From NCBI GenBank assembly GCA_963815195.1, contig CAWFGE010000008.1:160001-224000 (forward strand): 64,000 nt of DNA. The letters are read 5' to 3'. Source of the DNA: an uncultured Planctomycetaceae bacterium (GTDB lineage: Bacteria > Planctomycetota > Planctomycetia > Planctomycetales > Planctomycetaceae). This document shows, in pieces, positions 1 through 10,999 of the stretch (the first letter of the stretch is position 1; each line of letters begins with the position of its first letter). The notes below the pieces were generated by a model. The model did not search any database. It was not told where the DNA came from and was given only the letters and a program-made list of their open reading frames with translations. The position numbers were made by a program, and so were the translations under genes.

Positions 1-1095
1 GAGGACGACCAGGTTCGGCTCGGCGAGAATCTTCGCGGAGCCGTTGGTCTCCAAAGCCCTGAGGAGGAGGTTGAAGCTGTCTTCATCGAACGTGCCGGTC
101 AACAGCACGTTGCCGCCCGCTCCGAGGATCGAATTGAAGGCGAAGTCGCCGACGTTGATGTTGAAGTCGGCTCCCAAGGTCCGCACGGCGGAGCGTTTGA
201 GTTCGGCGATCCGCACCTTGAGCAGCACCTGTTTCTCGCCGGGGACTTCGAGCATGTTGATCATGTTGCTCGCGGGCAGTTCGGAGGCTTCGGGGAAGGC
301 GTCGGCGACCGCTCCGTCGGCGACCGTCTGTCCGCCGCCGCCGAGGGCCGAGTTCTGGCCGCCGGAGTTCGCCCGCAGGATGGATAGAATCTGCGTGGCT
401 TCTTCTTCGTCGCGGGCCTGGCCGCGGATGATGACTTTGTTCGCGATCGGGATCAACTGCACCCGGCTGTTGGGGAAAAACTCGTTGATCATGTCCTGCA
501 GTTCGCTGTATTCCAAGCGGCGCATGGCATCGACGGCGTCGTCCTTGGTGACGGTGACGAGCACGGTGAGCAGCTGCGGGTTGGCTTCCGTGCCGGTCCA
601 GACCGTGACGGTCGTGCTGCCGGTCTCGCGGCCGATGAGTTCGATCTCGCGGGTGCCGAAGGGCACGATCTCGACGAGCGTGGGGTCGGCGATCGCGGTG
701 CGGAACACGGGCTGCTTCATCCTCAGGATCTTGGCCCGGCGTTTGGTGACTTCGATTTCGACCTCGGTGGTCAGGACCTCTTCGACGAGGTTGTTGACCT
801 TAGCCTTTAACGCGGCCGAAGCTGTCGGATGGGGCTGAGCGGTGAACACGGTGTCCGCCGGAAACGCAGGCACCTGCGCGGACCGGGGCGTCTGTCCCGC
901 ATCGTACGCTGCAGGAAACTGCGGTTGCCCGACGGGCGGCAGTTGCGCGGACCGCGGCATTTGCGTGACAGGCGGCGTCACCCGCGGCGGCGTCTGCTGC
1001 GCCGATGGGGGCGTCTGCCCGGAAGCCACCGATCCCAGACCGGCCATCGCCAATCCCAACACCGATTTCGCAAAAAGATTCCGAATCGCAGGCAC
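1..1095 (-). CDS. cpaC: Flp/Tad pilus assembly secretin (CpaC/RcpA-like), 3' end outside window
   Basis: Not in the ORF track because no stop falls in the window. Manual translation from GTG at 1095 gives signal-peptide-like MPAIRNLFAKSVLGLAMAGLGSVASGQ, a Pro-rich linker, VFRTAIADPTLVEIV..LIGRETGSTTVTVW, then INMLEVPGEKQVLLKVRIAEL and ALETNGSAKILAEPNLVVL, typical of secretins. Confidence 0.85.
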   Translation of the reverse strand, partial: MPAIRNLFAKSVLGLAMAGLGSVASGQTPPSAQQTPPRVTPPVTQMPRSAQLPPVGQPQFPAAYDAGQTPRSAQVPAFPADTVFTAQPHPTASAALKAKVNNLVEEVLTTEVEIEVTKRRAKILRMKQPVFRTAIADPTLVEIVPFGTREIELIGRETGSTTVTVWTGTEANPQLLTVLVTVTKDDAVDAMRRLEYSELQDMINEFFPNSRVQLIPIANKVIIRGQARDEEEATQILSILRANSGGQNSALGGGGQTVADGAVADAFPEASELPASNMINMLEVPGEKQVLLKVRIAELKRSAVRTLGADFNINVGDFAFNSILGAGGNVLLTGTFDEDSFNLLLRALETNGSAKILAEPNLVVL

Positions 1096-1412
1096 GACGA
1101 CGGCTCCCCAAAGAAAAAATCCCACCCCCGCCACCCGAAGCCTCAACCACCCGAGACCTCCTCCTGGCGAGGGAGACTGTTAGAACTTCTGTTCCTTGTT
1201 TATCGGAAAAAATCCCACAAATCCGCAAAGAATAATTCCAATTCCAACGATTCTGCCGGTCCCCGCATAGCGAATCAGGACGAACCGGCAATTGGGGGGG
1301 AGGTTGATTGGAGTCCACAAGTTCCTTCGGCGCGAAGTCAGGCTTGCTTGCGATCAGGGCAAGATCGGTCGATGATAGAGCGTTAGGCCTTTTATTCCGG
1401 GAGGACGACGTG

Positions 1413-2435
1413 ATGAAAATGCGGGCGGGACTGATGGCCCACTGCTTGGCGTTTGGCGTGATTTCGGCGATTCATGCCGGCCCGCCGGAACTCACGAATT
1501 GGCTCGACTCGCCCCAGAATTGGCGACGGGACACGAAGGGGCCGATCGTCTCGCTCGGGAACGCGGGCGAGTTTGACGATACGCACATCTTCGCCCCGCT
1601 GGTGGCGGAGGAAAACGGCCGCTTCCGCTTGTGGTATTGCGGTTCGACCGCTTCGGTGGCGGAGCGGGTTTTTCAGTTGGGGCTCGCGGAAAGCCGGGAT
1701 GGGAACACATTCCAGAAGGCCCGAAATAATCCCGTTTACGCGTTCGGCGACGGGAAACATTCGATTTTGACGCCCACGCTGTTGCGGAATCCCGACGGGT
1801 CGGTGCTCCGGGAGAAGGGCAAGCTGCGGATGTGGTTCAGCTCGACCTGGTTTGCCGGGGGGAAGGGACTGCACACGCTGCATCAAGCGGTGAGCGACGA
1901 CGGCGTCACATGGTCCCAACCCTCGGCCGCGCAGATGACGGGCGTGTATGCCCCGACGATTTTGAAAGACGGCGGCGAGTACCGGATGTGGTACGTGGAT
2001 GTCTCCAAGAACCCCTGGGTCATCCGGCACGCCAAAAGCCCGGACGGCGAGCATTGGCAAAAGGCCCCGGAACCTTGCCTGGTCGTCGATCAAAAATGGG
2101 AGCAGCAGCGGCTGTTTTATCCGGCGGTGCTGAAAGCCGGGGGCGTGTATCAGATGTGGTATGGCAGCTATTGGTCGGCCCGCCGAAATACAACCGCACT
2201 GGGGTTCGCGGCGAGCTTGGACGGGTTGAAATGGCACAAGCACCCGCAGAATCCCGTGCTGCGGCCCGATCCAAACCGGCCCTGGGAATCGAATTACGTC
2301 ACCAGCCAATCGGTGCTCCGGCTGCCCGACGGCTCGTACCGCATCTGGTACGCCAGCCGGAAAAAGCCGCCGTTCGTGAATAAGTATTTCGCGATCAACA
2401 CGGCGGTCTGGAAACCGGGCCCCATGGAAAAGTGA
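1413..2435 (+). CDS. Secreted five-bladed beta-propeller glycoside hydrolase-like protein (GH32/43/130-like)
   Basis: Repeated blades (P.v.....yrMWY...lg.A.S.DG..W.K...NPV) and an N-terminal signal-like segment; GAGG lies before ATG 1413. Confidence 0.75.
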   Translation: MKMRAGLMAHCLAFGVISAIHAGPPELTNWLDSPQNWRRDTKGPIVSLGNAGEFDDTHIFAPLVAEENGRFRLWYCGSTASVAERVFQLGLAESRDGNTFQKARNNPVYAFGDGKHSILTPTLLRNPDGSVLREKGKLRMWFSSTWFAGGKGLHTLHQAVSDDGVTWSQPSAAQMTGVYAPTILKDGGEYRMWYVDVSKNPWVIRHAKSPDGEHWQKAPEPCLVVDQKWEQQRLFYPAVLKAGGVYQMWYGSYWSARRNTTALGFAASLDGLKWHKHPQNPVLRPDPNRPWESNYVTSQSVLRLPDGSYRIWYASRKKPPFVNKYFAINTAVWKPGPMEK

Positions 2436-2801
2436 CGCCGGGCGGAATGACCCGGCCTCCCCGTGAGCGGAATCCCTTTGCATCCGGGGCGAATCCCGTT
2501 AGGATACATATTGAGGATTTTTGCGGTCCGGCGGGTTTTGCCCGCCGATCGGAATTTCTCATCTTTCACATCTCAGGCAAAATCAGTAGATAACCGGCAT
2601 GGAGCCGGGTTTTGGTTTCTGACAGATCGATGACCACCCGTTCTTGGGGTGTTTTCAGCGGGAGTCGATGTCCCCCGTTTGGTGGGGGTTTGAGTTTTTT
2701 CACCGTTTGATTCTGATTGCATTTCGACGCGGAAAGTCGCGGAGGCGGTCTCCGTACCGCCGGATTTTTCGCGCTGATTGAAACCGAAAAGGAGATTTTG
2801 C

Positions 2802-4797
2802 ATGGCCGTTGGTACCGTCGACCGCACCACTGACACTCCCGTGGAAGAACCCGCGGAGCCGAAATTCGAGTACCCGGGAGTCCCCACCACGTGCGACGGA
2901 GCGGAAGCCGTCGTCTGGGTCGAAACGCGGATCTCGCAAGGGTCCGGGGCTTACCCAATCACCAGTTCGACCACGATGGGCGGCGGGTTCAACAATGCCG
3001 TGATGAACGGCATCCCCAACCTGTGGGGCGATCAATTGGTGTTCGTCGAGCCGGAGAGCGAGCACTCGGCGGCCACGTTCTGCGAAGGCTACGCCGCCGC
3101 CGGGGGCCGGGTGACGAACTTCACGTCGGGCCAGGGTCTGGTCCTGATGAAAGAAGTCCTCTACACGATTTCCGGCAAACGGCTGCCGATGGTGTTCAAC
3201 ATCGGCGCGGGCGCTGACGAGCCAGGGCCTCAACGTGCATGCCGGGCACGACGATGTGATGAGCGTCGCCGACTGCGGCTGGGGGATTTTGTTCGGCCGC
3301 AACGCCCAGGAAGCCGGCGATTTGTGCCTGATCTCCCGCCGGGCCGCGGAAGCGTGCTCGACGCCGTTTATGAACGTGCAGGACGGCTTTCTCACGACGC
3401 ATACGGTCGAGTCGGTGAAGCTGCTCGAGCCGGAGTTCATGCGGGAGTTCGTCGGTCATCCCGAGGAAAAACTCTATAACCTGATGGACCCGGCCAACCC
3501 GATCATGTCCGGCGTCGTGCAGAACCAAGACTCCTACATGAAGGGCAAAATCGCCCAAAGGCATTATTACGACATGGTCGAGCCCGCGCTGCGGGAAGCC
3601 TTCGAGCTGTTCTACAAAAAGACGGGCCGGCGGTACGATTTCGTCTGCCCGTACCGCTGCGAAGACGCGGAATACGTCATCGTGGGCATGGGCAGCTACA
3701 TGGAAACCGCCCAGACCACGATCGACTATCTGCGGGAGGAGTTGGGCATCAAGGCGGGCTGCTTGAACGTGACCTGCTTCCGCCCGTTCCCGGCGAAGGC
3801 GATTATCGAAGCCCTCAAAGATTGCCTCGCGGTGACGGTCATCGAACGCATGGACGATCCGCTTTCGACGACGGGCAATCACCTCACGCGGGAAATCAAA
3901 GCCGCGTTCTGCGATGCGATCAACGGGCAGAACGGCCAAGAGCCGATCGACCGGATTCCCAAGCTGTACCACGGAGCGGCGGGCCTCGGCAGCCGGGACG
4001 TGCGGGCCGGCGATTTGATCGCCATCGTCCGCAACATGCAAAACGACGGGCCGCACTTCTTCACGGTGGGCATCGATCATCCGACCGCCCTCACCCGCGA
4101 TGAAGACCCGGATCTCCGCCCGACCGGCGCGTTCTCGATGCGCGGCCATTCGGTGGGCGGGTTCGGCTCGGTGACCACGAATAAAGTGATCGCCACCATC
4201 GGCGGGCAGGTGTTCGGCAAGGATGTGCAGGCCTATCCCAAATATGGCTCCGAGAAGAAAGGCCTGCCGACGACCTATTATCTGACCGTGGCCGACTCGC
4301 ACATCTATTCGCACTCGGAACTGGAGCACGTCGATCTGATCGTGCTCAACGATACCACGGCCCTCTTCAGCGGCAACCCGATTAAGGGCATGGTGGACGG
4401 CGGGGCGATCTTTATGCAGAGCCGGTACGACAGCCCGCAGGATGTCTGGGACCGCATTCCGCCGCACCACAAAAAGACGATCCGCGAAAGGAACCTGCGG
4501 GTGTATTTCGCCGACATGGTGAAGATCGCCCGCGAGGTGGCTTCGGTAGCGGACCTGGAAATGCGGATGCAGGGCATCGTGCTGTTGGGGGCGTTTTTGA
4601 AGCTGACCCCCTACGCCAAGGAAGCCCAGATGTCCGCAGAGGACGTGTACGCCGGGGTGGAGTCGGCCCTCCGGAAATACTTCGGCAAAAGAGGCGAACA
4701 GGTCGTCAAGGACAACCTCACCTGCGTCAAACGCGGCTTCGGCGAAATGCAGGAGATCTCCAGGGAGATCATGAACGCCACGGGCGGGCAGGTTTAG
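2802..4797 (+). CDS. Pyruvate:ferredoxin oxidoreductase, alpha+gamma part (apparent frameshift near 3210)
   Basis: YPITSST, ESEHSAA, TNFTSGQGLVLM, QDGFLTTH, GHSVGGFGSVTTNK and YGSEKKG motifs. ORFs 2778-3479 and 3235-4797 join at ARAL..HAGHDD if 2 nt are restored. Confidence 0.9.
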
Positions 4798-4910
4798 ATC
4801 GTTTGGCGATTGCCAAGCCTGTGAAACAATCATCTCCACCCCAAGCCGACCGCTTGCGGTCGCGTTCCGACGACAAGTCGTCGGCTTGGGAATTTCGTTA
4901 GACACCGGAG

Positions 4911-5396
4911 GTGACACCAACACGGGCCTTCATTGCCCAGAATGGTAGAAAAGTGGCAGATTCTTCAACTTCGGATGAGGAACATGTCATTCTCGAAGTG
5001 GCCGTCACGCCCGTTACGAAGAACACCCCCTGTTCCACAATCAGGCTAACCGAAGGAAATAATGAGTTTGGATGGAGGCACATTCAGCGGAAACACATTT
5101 GTGAAACGCGAGATCCCGACGAGGATCCGGAAGCCAATTGCTTCACCCTCTCCAAAGCAGAAGTGTTGGCGTTGCTCGAGAAACTCCTCGGATCCCCGGC
5201 GGTTGGGAACGCATTAAACCGCGGGCAAAGCAGCATTCGAAATCTGAAATCCGGACAACAGACTTACCGAGTCGATATTGATCTTGAGACATGTGCCGTG
5301 GCGACGTTTTTTCCAATCGGACCGCTAAAGAAGGGAGCATGCAAAGGGAAAGATTGTTCGACAGATTCTGATGCCAATTCTGCATCTAACAGGTGA
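4911..5396 (+). CDS. Putative polymorphic-toxin nuclease C-terminal domain (orphan)
   Basis: GNNEFGWRHIQRKH and terminal VATFFP resemble EndoU/BECR-type toxin tips. There is no signal peptide, and its stop overlaps the next start (GTGA). Confidence 0.45.
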   Translation: MTPTRAFIAQNGRKVADSSTSDEEHVILEVAVTPVTKNTPCSTIRLTEGNNEFGWRHIQRKHICETRDPDEDPEANCFTLSKAEVLALLEKLLGSPAVGNALNRGQSSIRNLKSGQQTYRVDIDLETCAVATFFPIGPLKKGACKGKDCSTDSDANSASNR

Positions 5397-6121
5397 TTTC
5401 TATGGAAACAGTCACATCCTATTCCTGTGACGCTTTTGATTCGATTCATCGCATTTTGAGCGAGAACGCTCGAAATGCCGAGCTACAAAAGCGGATCGCG
5501 GTGATGGATGATCTTTGGTCCGGAGTGCTGGAGAGCCATGCGGCGAAGGTTGCCTCGGCATTTCAGCGGGCCAATGCCTATAAAGAATTCCAAAAGGCGC
5601 TCGGCGACCCAAAGTCGCTGGAATGCATAGAAACACAAGTCGTGTTTCTGCCGTATTTGTTCGTGGTCTGGCAAGAAATCAAGCGCGACGCAAATTCGTT
5701 TTATCAATCGACGTTTCGTAATTCACACGTCGATACGGATGCAAAAAAATCGGCTCTCGAATTCCATGATTCCATGTGCGGATTACAGGTTCGTGACATC
5801 ATCGAGACCGCGGCGGGCCAGTGGGCGGTCGGCGAATCGCTGGTGGTTGATGTCAGCCTTCTCTACTGCATCTGGACGGCGTCGGAATTGGGCGTCTATT
5901 TCAACGATGCCGTTTATGCCAACGTCTTAGCCTGCTGTAATCCGGCCTTGCCTTTCATGGTTGTCTTCCTGGCATGTTTGTGCCTTCAAGATTCTCACGT
6001 CCATCAAGGAGCGGACGAATCCGCCAAGGGAGAATTTCCGTGGGGGGGGTATTTCACCTCAATGGAATTCCTGGAAAACTGGTCCACAATGCAATCGACG
6101 ATGAAAGGCGTGGGACCGTAA
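5393..6121 (+). CDS. Hypothetical protein, candidate immunity protein
   Basis: 242-aa ORF coupled to the upstream toxin-like ORF, in an AT-richer block. Confidence 0.5.
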   Translation: MISMETVTSYSCDAFDSIHRILSENARNAELQKRIAVMDDLWSGVLESHAAKVASAFQRANAYKEFQKALGDPKSLECIETQVVFLPYLFVVWQEIKRDANSFYQSTFRNSHVDTDAKKSALEFHDSMCGLQVRDIIETAAGQWAVGESLVVDVSLLYCIWTASELGVYFNDAVYANVLACCNPALPFMVVFLACLCLQDSHVHQGADESAKGEFPWGGYFTSMEFLENWSTMQSTMKGVGP

Positions 6122-6143
6122 CTGCCTCCGTTGGAGAACACCC

Positions 6144-7025
6144 ATGACACCAATGTTGATCTTATCCCTAGTTCTCGCGGCGGAGCCTCAAAGTGCGCTC
6201 GATATTGAGCAAAAGGCGATGGCCGAGCGGGAAAAGATCGAACGGGGAGAAGTCACCTACGATGTCACGTACAGACAGTTTGAGCGTTCCGGGGAACTCC
6301 GTAGCTCCCAGACATCACGCTATGAAGTAACCTTCGACGACAGCAACGTCCGCACGATCAAAAACCATAGCGAATGGCATGTCTTCACCGACAAATATGC
6401 GTTGTGGCGTCTCGCCCGTTCAGATTTACCTGCCTACCAGAGAGATCTGACGACCCCGCAGGGCCGCCGGTCGGCGACTCAATCTTATCGGCAGAATCTG
6501 CGGGTGCTCGGAATCGCGACCACTGATCCGCCGGGTCTATATATCTATAAGCTGACGGACGTGTTGACCCAGCCCAAACGCGAGAACACAAAACTAACGA
6601 CGCTGAATGTGAATAATCAAAAACTCTTCAAAATCGAATATGACCGGACGGATTTCCCCACGAAAGTGACCTATGTCATTGATCCCGAAAAAGATTACAG
6701 CGTGATCGAAGGGTCCCATGCGACCCCCGATCATGTAAACCGCATCGAGAACACGCTGAAACACTACGATGACAAATTCTGGTATCCCGAAACCGTCCGC
6801 TATACCCGGTCGTTTGGCGGCAAAATGACTTCGGAATCATTGGTGACCGTGAAAAAGGCGGAATTTAACAAGCCGATCGACAAGGATGTCTTTTCGTTCA
6901 AAGGGATTTCTCTTCCGGCGGGAACACGAGTGGAAGAAACGCCTCGCGCCGACCGAACTCGCTATTGGGATGGTGAGAAACTCGTGCCAAAAAGTGAACT
7001 CGATCCCGACATAGAAGACAAATGA
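6144..7025 (+). CDS. Hypothetical exported beta-rich protein
   Basis: GGAGA RBS, hydrophobic N-terminus (MTPMLILSLVLAA), and a WYP...V...EFN.PI...F ending. Confidence 0.7.
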   Translation: MTPMLILSLVLAAEPQSALDIEQKAMAEREKIERGEVTYDVTYRQFERSGELRSSQTSRYEVTFDDSNVRTIKNHSEWHVFTDKYALWRLARSDLPAYQRDLTTPQGRRSATQSYRQNLRVLGIATTDPPGLYIYKLTDVLTQPKRENTKLTTLNVNNQKLFKIEYDRTDFPTKVTYVIDPEKDYSVIEGSHATPDHVNRIENTLKHYDDKFWYPETVRYTRSFGGKMTSESLVTVKKAEFNKPIDKDVFSFKGISLPAGTRVEETPRADRTRYWDGEKLVPKSELDPDIEDK

Positions 7026-7125
7026 AGAAAAAACATACGAAGCCTTTGTGACTTTGTGTGACCGTTTAACCCCATTTTGAAGCAATCCACATCCAAATCC
7101 GCTTCCCGGATGAAAGGCACTTAAG

Positions 7126-8770
7126 ATGTCAACCGTCGAAAAACCTGCTTCGATGAATGTCGCCAACGAACGCGATCCGCATAACAACAACTCCTATGGC
7201 ACCTTGGTGGACAGCGACTATGTGCCGCGTGGAACTGCCCATTCTCGATGTGGACGACTTCAACAACCGCATCATCTGCGGGTACGAGCAAGGCTACGGC
7301 GAAAAGCTGCTGCCGGCGGATCTGACCACGGCCCGCTCGCTCATTCCCGCCGGCACCGCGACGCTGCGGGACTTCAGCTATGTCGCCCCGGAGATTCCCG
7401 AATACATCACCGAGAACTGCACCGGCTGCATGGACTGCGTCACGGAGTGCCCGGACACCGCGATTCTGGGCAAGGTGCTTTCCGAATCGCAGCTCGAGGA
7501 GAAGCTCAACGAACTTCCCGCAGAAGATCGCGAGATGTTCCGCGCCCAATGGTCCAAGACCAAAAAGTATTACGACGGCCCCAAGAAGAAGGGCAAAGAG
7601 GGCGGGATGTTCAACATCATGATCGACCCCTCGAAATGCAAAGGCTGCGCGGAATGCGTGACCGTCTGCGATGACCTCGCCCTTAAGATGATTCCCAAAT
7701 CCGAAGAGACGATGGAGAGCATCCGCAAAAGCCATCGCTACTTCAAACAGATCGGCCCGTCCAACGAGGACTACATCAACGACAACCTCTTGATCGACAT
7801 GATGCTCAAAGAGCAGACCCATATTTACGTCGGCGGGGCCGGTTCGTGCGCGGGCTGCGGCGAAGGCACGGCTCTGCGGATGATGTGCTCGGCGACGGGA
7901 GCCAAGTACGGCGACCAGTGGGCCATCGTCGCCGCCACCGGCTGCAACACCGTTTATACTTCGACCTATCCCTACAATCCGTACCTCGTGCCTTGGACCA
8001 ATTCGCTCTTTGAAAACGCGCCGGCCGATGCGATGGGCGTGCGGGCCCGCTGGGATCAAAAGGGCTGGAAGGACAAGCCCATCTGGTGCATCGGCGGCGA
8101 CGGGGCGATGTTCGACATCGGCTTTCAGTCGCTGTCGCGGATGCTCGCCTCGGGCATGCACATCAAAATCTTCGTGCTCGATACGCAGGTGTATTCCAAC
8201 ACCGGCGGCCAGGCTTCGACCAGCACCTTCACCGGCCAGAACACCAAAATGAGCGTGCACGGCAAAGTCATCGACGGCAAACAGGAACGCCGCAAGGAAA
8301 TCGCCCAGATCGCGATGATGCACCCGCACACCTTCGTGGCCCAGACGACCTGCGCCCACGTCAACCACTTCTACAAGTCGGTGTTGGGGGCGCTCGAATT
8401 TGACGGGCCGGCTCTCATCAGCTGCTACACGACCTGCCAGCCCGAGCACGGCGTGGGCGACAACATGGCCACCGACCAGGCCCGGCTCGCCGTCGATTCG
8501 CGGGCGTTTCCACTGTTGATTTTCGATCCCAGCAAAGGCACCCGGCTCAAAGAGCGGCTCACGCTCCAAGGCAATCCCGCCGTCAAAGACGAGTGGTGGA
8601 AGAACCCCAAAACCGGCGAGGTCGTGGACTTCATCACCTTCGCCCGCAGCGAAGGCCGATTCGGAAAGCACTTCGACAAAGATGGCAACCCATCCCGCAC
8701 GCTGCTCGCCGCCAAACAAGACCGCCTGGAAAACTGGCAACTGCTCCAGGAACTCGCGGGCTTGATTTGA
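7126..8770 (+). CDS. Pyruvate:ferredoxin oxidoreductase, ferredoxin (delta) + TPP-binding (beta) part (apparent frameshift near 7230)
   Basis: CTGCMDCVTECP and CKGCAECVTVC 4Fe-4S motifs, SCAGCGE, ATGC, GGDGAMFDIG and YSNTGGQAS. Confidence 0.92.
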
Positions 8771-8795
8771 GGAAGATCGCACGCGATTTTCATCT

Positions 8796-9921
8796 ATGAT
8801 TCAAAGCACCATCACGCTGCTCACGCCTCGCGGTCGCGGGGCGGTGGCGACGCTGCGGTTTGAAGGGCCGGTCGAGAATTTGGCGGGGTTCTTCACCGCC
8901 GCGAACGGCCGGCCGCTCGGCGAACACGACTTGAACCGCGTGGTCTTCGGGCATTGGGGGCGGGAGGTTCCCGAAGACGTCGTGATCTGCCGGACTGCGG
9001 AGGATGTCGCCGAGATCCACTGCCACGGCGGTGATGCCGCGGCGGGGCGGATTTTAAGGGATGTGGAATCCCTCGGCGGCCGGCGGGAAACGTGGCCGGC
9101 GATGCTCGAGCGGACCGAAGGCAAGTTCCACCGCGAATGGACCGAGGCCGTTTCGCAAGCGACGACGAAGCGCACTGCGGGGATTTTGCTCCGGCAGCGC
9201 GAGTTGTTTCCGCAAGCCATCCGCGAATTGCAAAGCCTGATCGCCGCGGCCCGCACGGATTGGGAAGCGATCCGGTCGCGAATCGAGAGTTTGCTCAAAT
9301 GGGCGGAGTTCGGTCTGCATCTGACGAAGCCTTGGGAGGTGGTGCTCGGCGGGCCGCCGAACGTGGGGAAGTCGAGCCTGATCAATGCCCTCGTGGGTTA
9401 TGCCCGTTCGATTGTGTATGACCAGCCGGGCACGACGCGGGACGTGGTCACCGCGGAGTCGGCGTTCGAGGGTTGGCCGGTCCGCCTCGCCGACACCGCG
9501 GGCCTTCGCGAACAGGCCGAGCCCTTGGAAGCCGAGGGCATCTTGCGGGCGAAAAGAAGACTCGCCGCGGCGGATTGTCAAATCCTGCTCATCGACGTGA
9601 GCCGGCCGCGCCACCCTAATCGATCGGCAGCTTCGCGAGGAGTTTCCGAAGGCGATCCTCATCGCCCACAAATGCGATCTGCCGAACCGCCGCGCCCACG
9701 ATCTCCCGCCGGAAGCGATTGCCGTCTCGTCCCTCACCGGCGAAGGCGTGGACCGGCTCGTTCAAAAGCTGATCCACCGCCTCATCCCGCAGGTTCCCCC
9801 CGCCGAAGAAGCCGGGCCCTTCACGAATCGGCAAGTCGATCTGCTTGAAAACGCCTATGAACCGGCGCAGAGCGAAGATGCCGAGGCTTTGCAGCGACTG
9901 CTCGGGGAATTATTGTCATAA
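8796..9921 (+). CDS. mnmE: tRNA modification GTPase MnmE/TrmE-like (apparent frameshift near 9615)
   Basis: TPRGRGAVA, EIHCHGG, GPPNVGKSSL, PGTTRD and DTAG. The G4 motif (HKCD) and VSSLTGEG continue in another frame to TAA at 9921. Confidence 0.85.
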
Positions 9922-9922
9922 A

Positions 9923-10070
9923 GGCGAGCGGGGGGCGTAAGCCCCCTGGTTTGCCACGATGGCGAGTTGACGATCTTTCCGTTATTCATCGATTCCCGCG
10001 GATGTCGATTCGCGAAAACAACTTGTTGAAGCGATTCACGTAACCAGGGGGCTGACGCCCCCCGCTCGCC
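9923..10070. repeat. REP-like inverted pair (family A)
   Basis: GGCGAGCGGGGGGCGTAAGCCCCCTGGTT (9923-9951) faces AACCAGGGGGCTGACGCCCCCCGCTCGCC (10042-10070). Related copies lie at 10838-10971, 14156-14338 and about 31946-32002. Confidence 0.8.
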
Positions 10071-10090
10071 TTGAGGAGATGGGATTGATC

Positions 10091-10864
10091 ATGCGCGTGT
10101 TAATCACCGGAGCCGGCGGGACTGTGGGCCGGCAGCTTGTGCGGGCTTTGGAGCAGGAGCACGAGCTGCGGTTGGGCGATGTGCAGCCGCTCGATGATCC
10201 GCGGTTTGTGTCCTGCGACGTGACTGACCCGCAGCAAGTGCATCGGGCGATGGAAGGCATCGACGCCGTGGTGCATCTGGCGATCGCTACCGGCTTTGAA
10301 GGCGATTACGAGGGTGACGCCTTCAACCAGCGGCGGTTCGATGTCAACGTCAAAGGCACCTGGAACGTGTTGAACGCCGCGGCCCGGGCGGGCGTGAAGC
10401 GGGTCGTGCACACGTCGAGCATCATGGTCGTCTGGGGCTATCCGCCGGGCGAAGGGGTCGCGTCCGATGCTCCGCCCAAACCGGAAGGCACGTATGCGAC
10501 GACGAAACTCCTCGCGGAAATTCTCTGCGAACAGGCGGCCCTGCAAGAGGGGCTCTCCATCGTCTGCCTGCGGATCGCCAAGCCCGTGGATACGGACGAT
10601 CCCGCCCTCAAAACCCGCCGACTGCGCCCGCAGTGGATCCCGTTCTCGGAACTCGTCCGCGGCTATGCCCTCGCGCTCACTGCTGCCAACATCGGCTTTG
10701 AGATCATCACCCTCGTCGGCGACAGCTCCCGCCGGCGGTGGGATCTTTCTAAAGCAGAGCGCGTCTTGGGTTATCGACCGGAACTCCGCTGGGATGATTT
10801 GGGCTTCACGCTAGGCGATGAGCGCGAACCATTTCCAGGCGAGCGTGGGACGTCAGCCCCATGA
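10091..10864 (+). CDS. NAD-dependent epimerase/dehydratase (uronate dehydrogenase-like SDR)
   Basis: VLITGAGGTVG Rossmann motif, HTSS and YATTK. Confidence 0.85.
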   Translation: MRVLITGAGGTVGRQLVRALEQEHELRLGDVQPLDDPRFVSCDVTDPQQVHRAMEGIDAVVHLAIATGFEGDYEGDAFNQRRFDVNVKGTWNVLNAAARAGVKRVVHTSSIMVVWGYPPGEGVASDAPPKPEGTYATTKLLAEILCEQAALQEGLSIVCLRIAKPVDTDDPALKTRRLRPQWIPFSELVRGYALALTAANIGFEIITLVGDSSRRRWDLSKAERVLGYRPELRWDDLGFTLGDEREPFPGERGTSAP

Positions 10865-10999
10865 TTCCGATGAGTGCTCCAAAACGTGATATTTTCCAGG
10901 ACACATCAGAGAAAACGCCGGCTGTCACAAGCGCTCGCGAGTCATCAGCCAGCTTACGCTGGCCGCTCGCCTTTTGACTCTTCACCGGAAAATAAGCAA

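Noticed and set aside
4890..7025. Integron cassette array (GTTAGAC at about 4897)
   Set aside because: No paired RYYYAAC/GTTRRRY attC structures between the ORFs, which overlap or abut, and no IntI.
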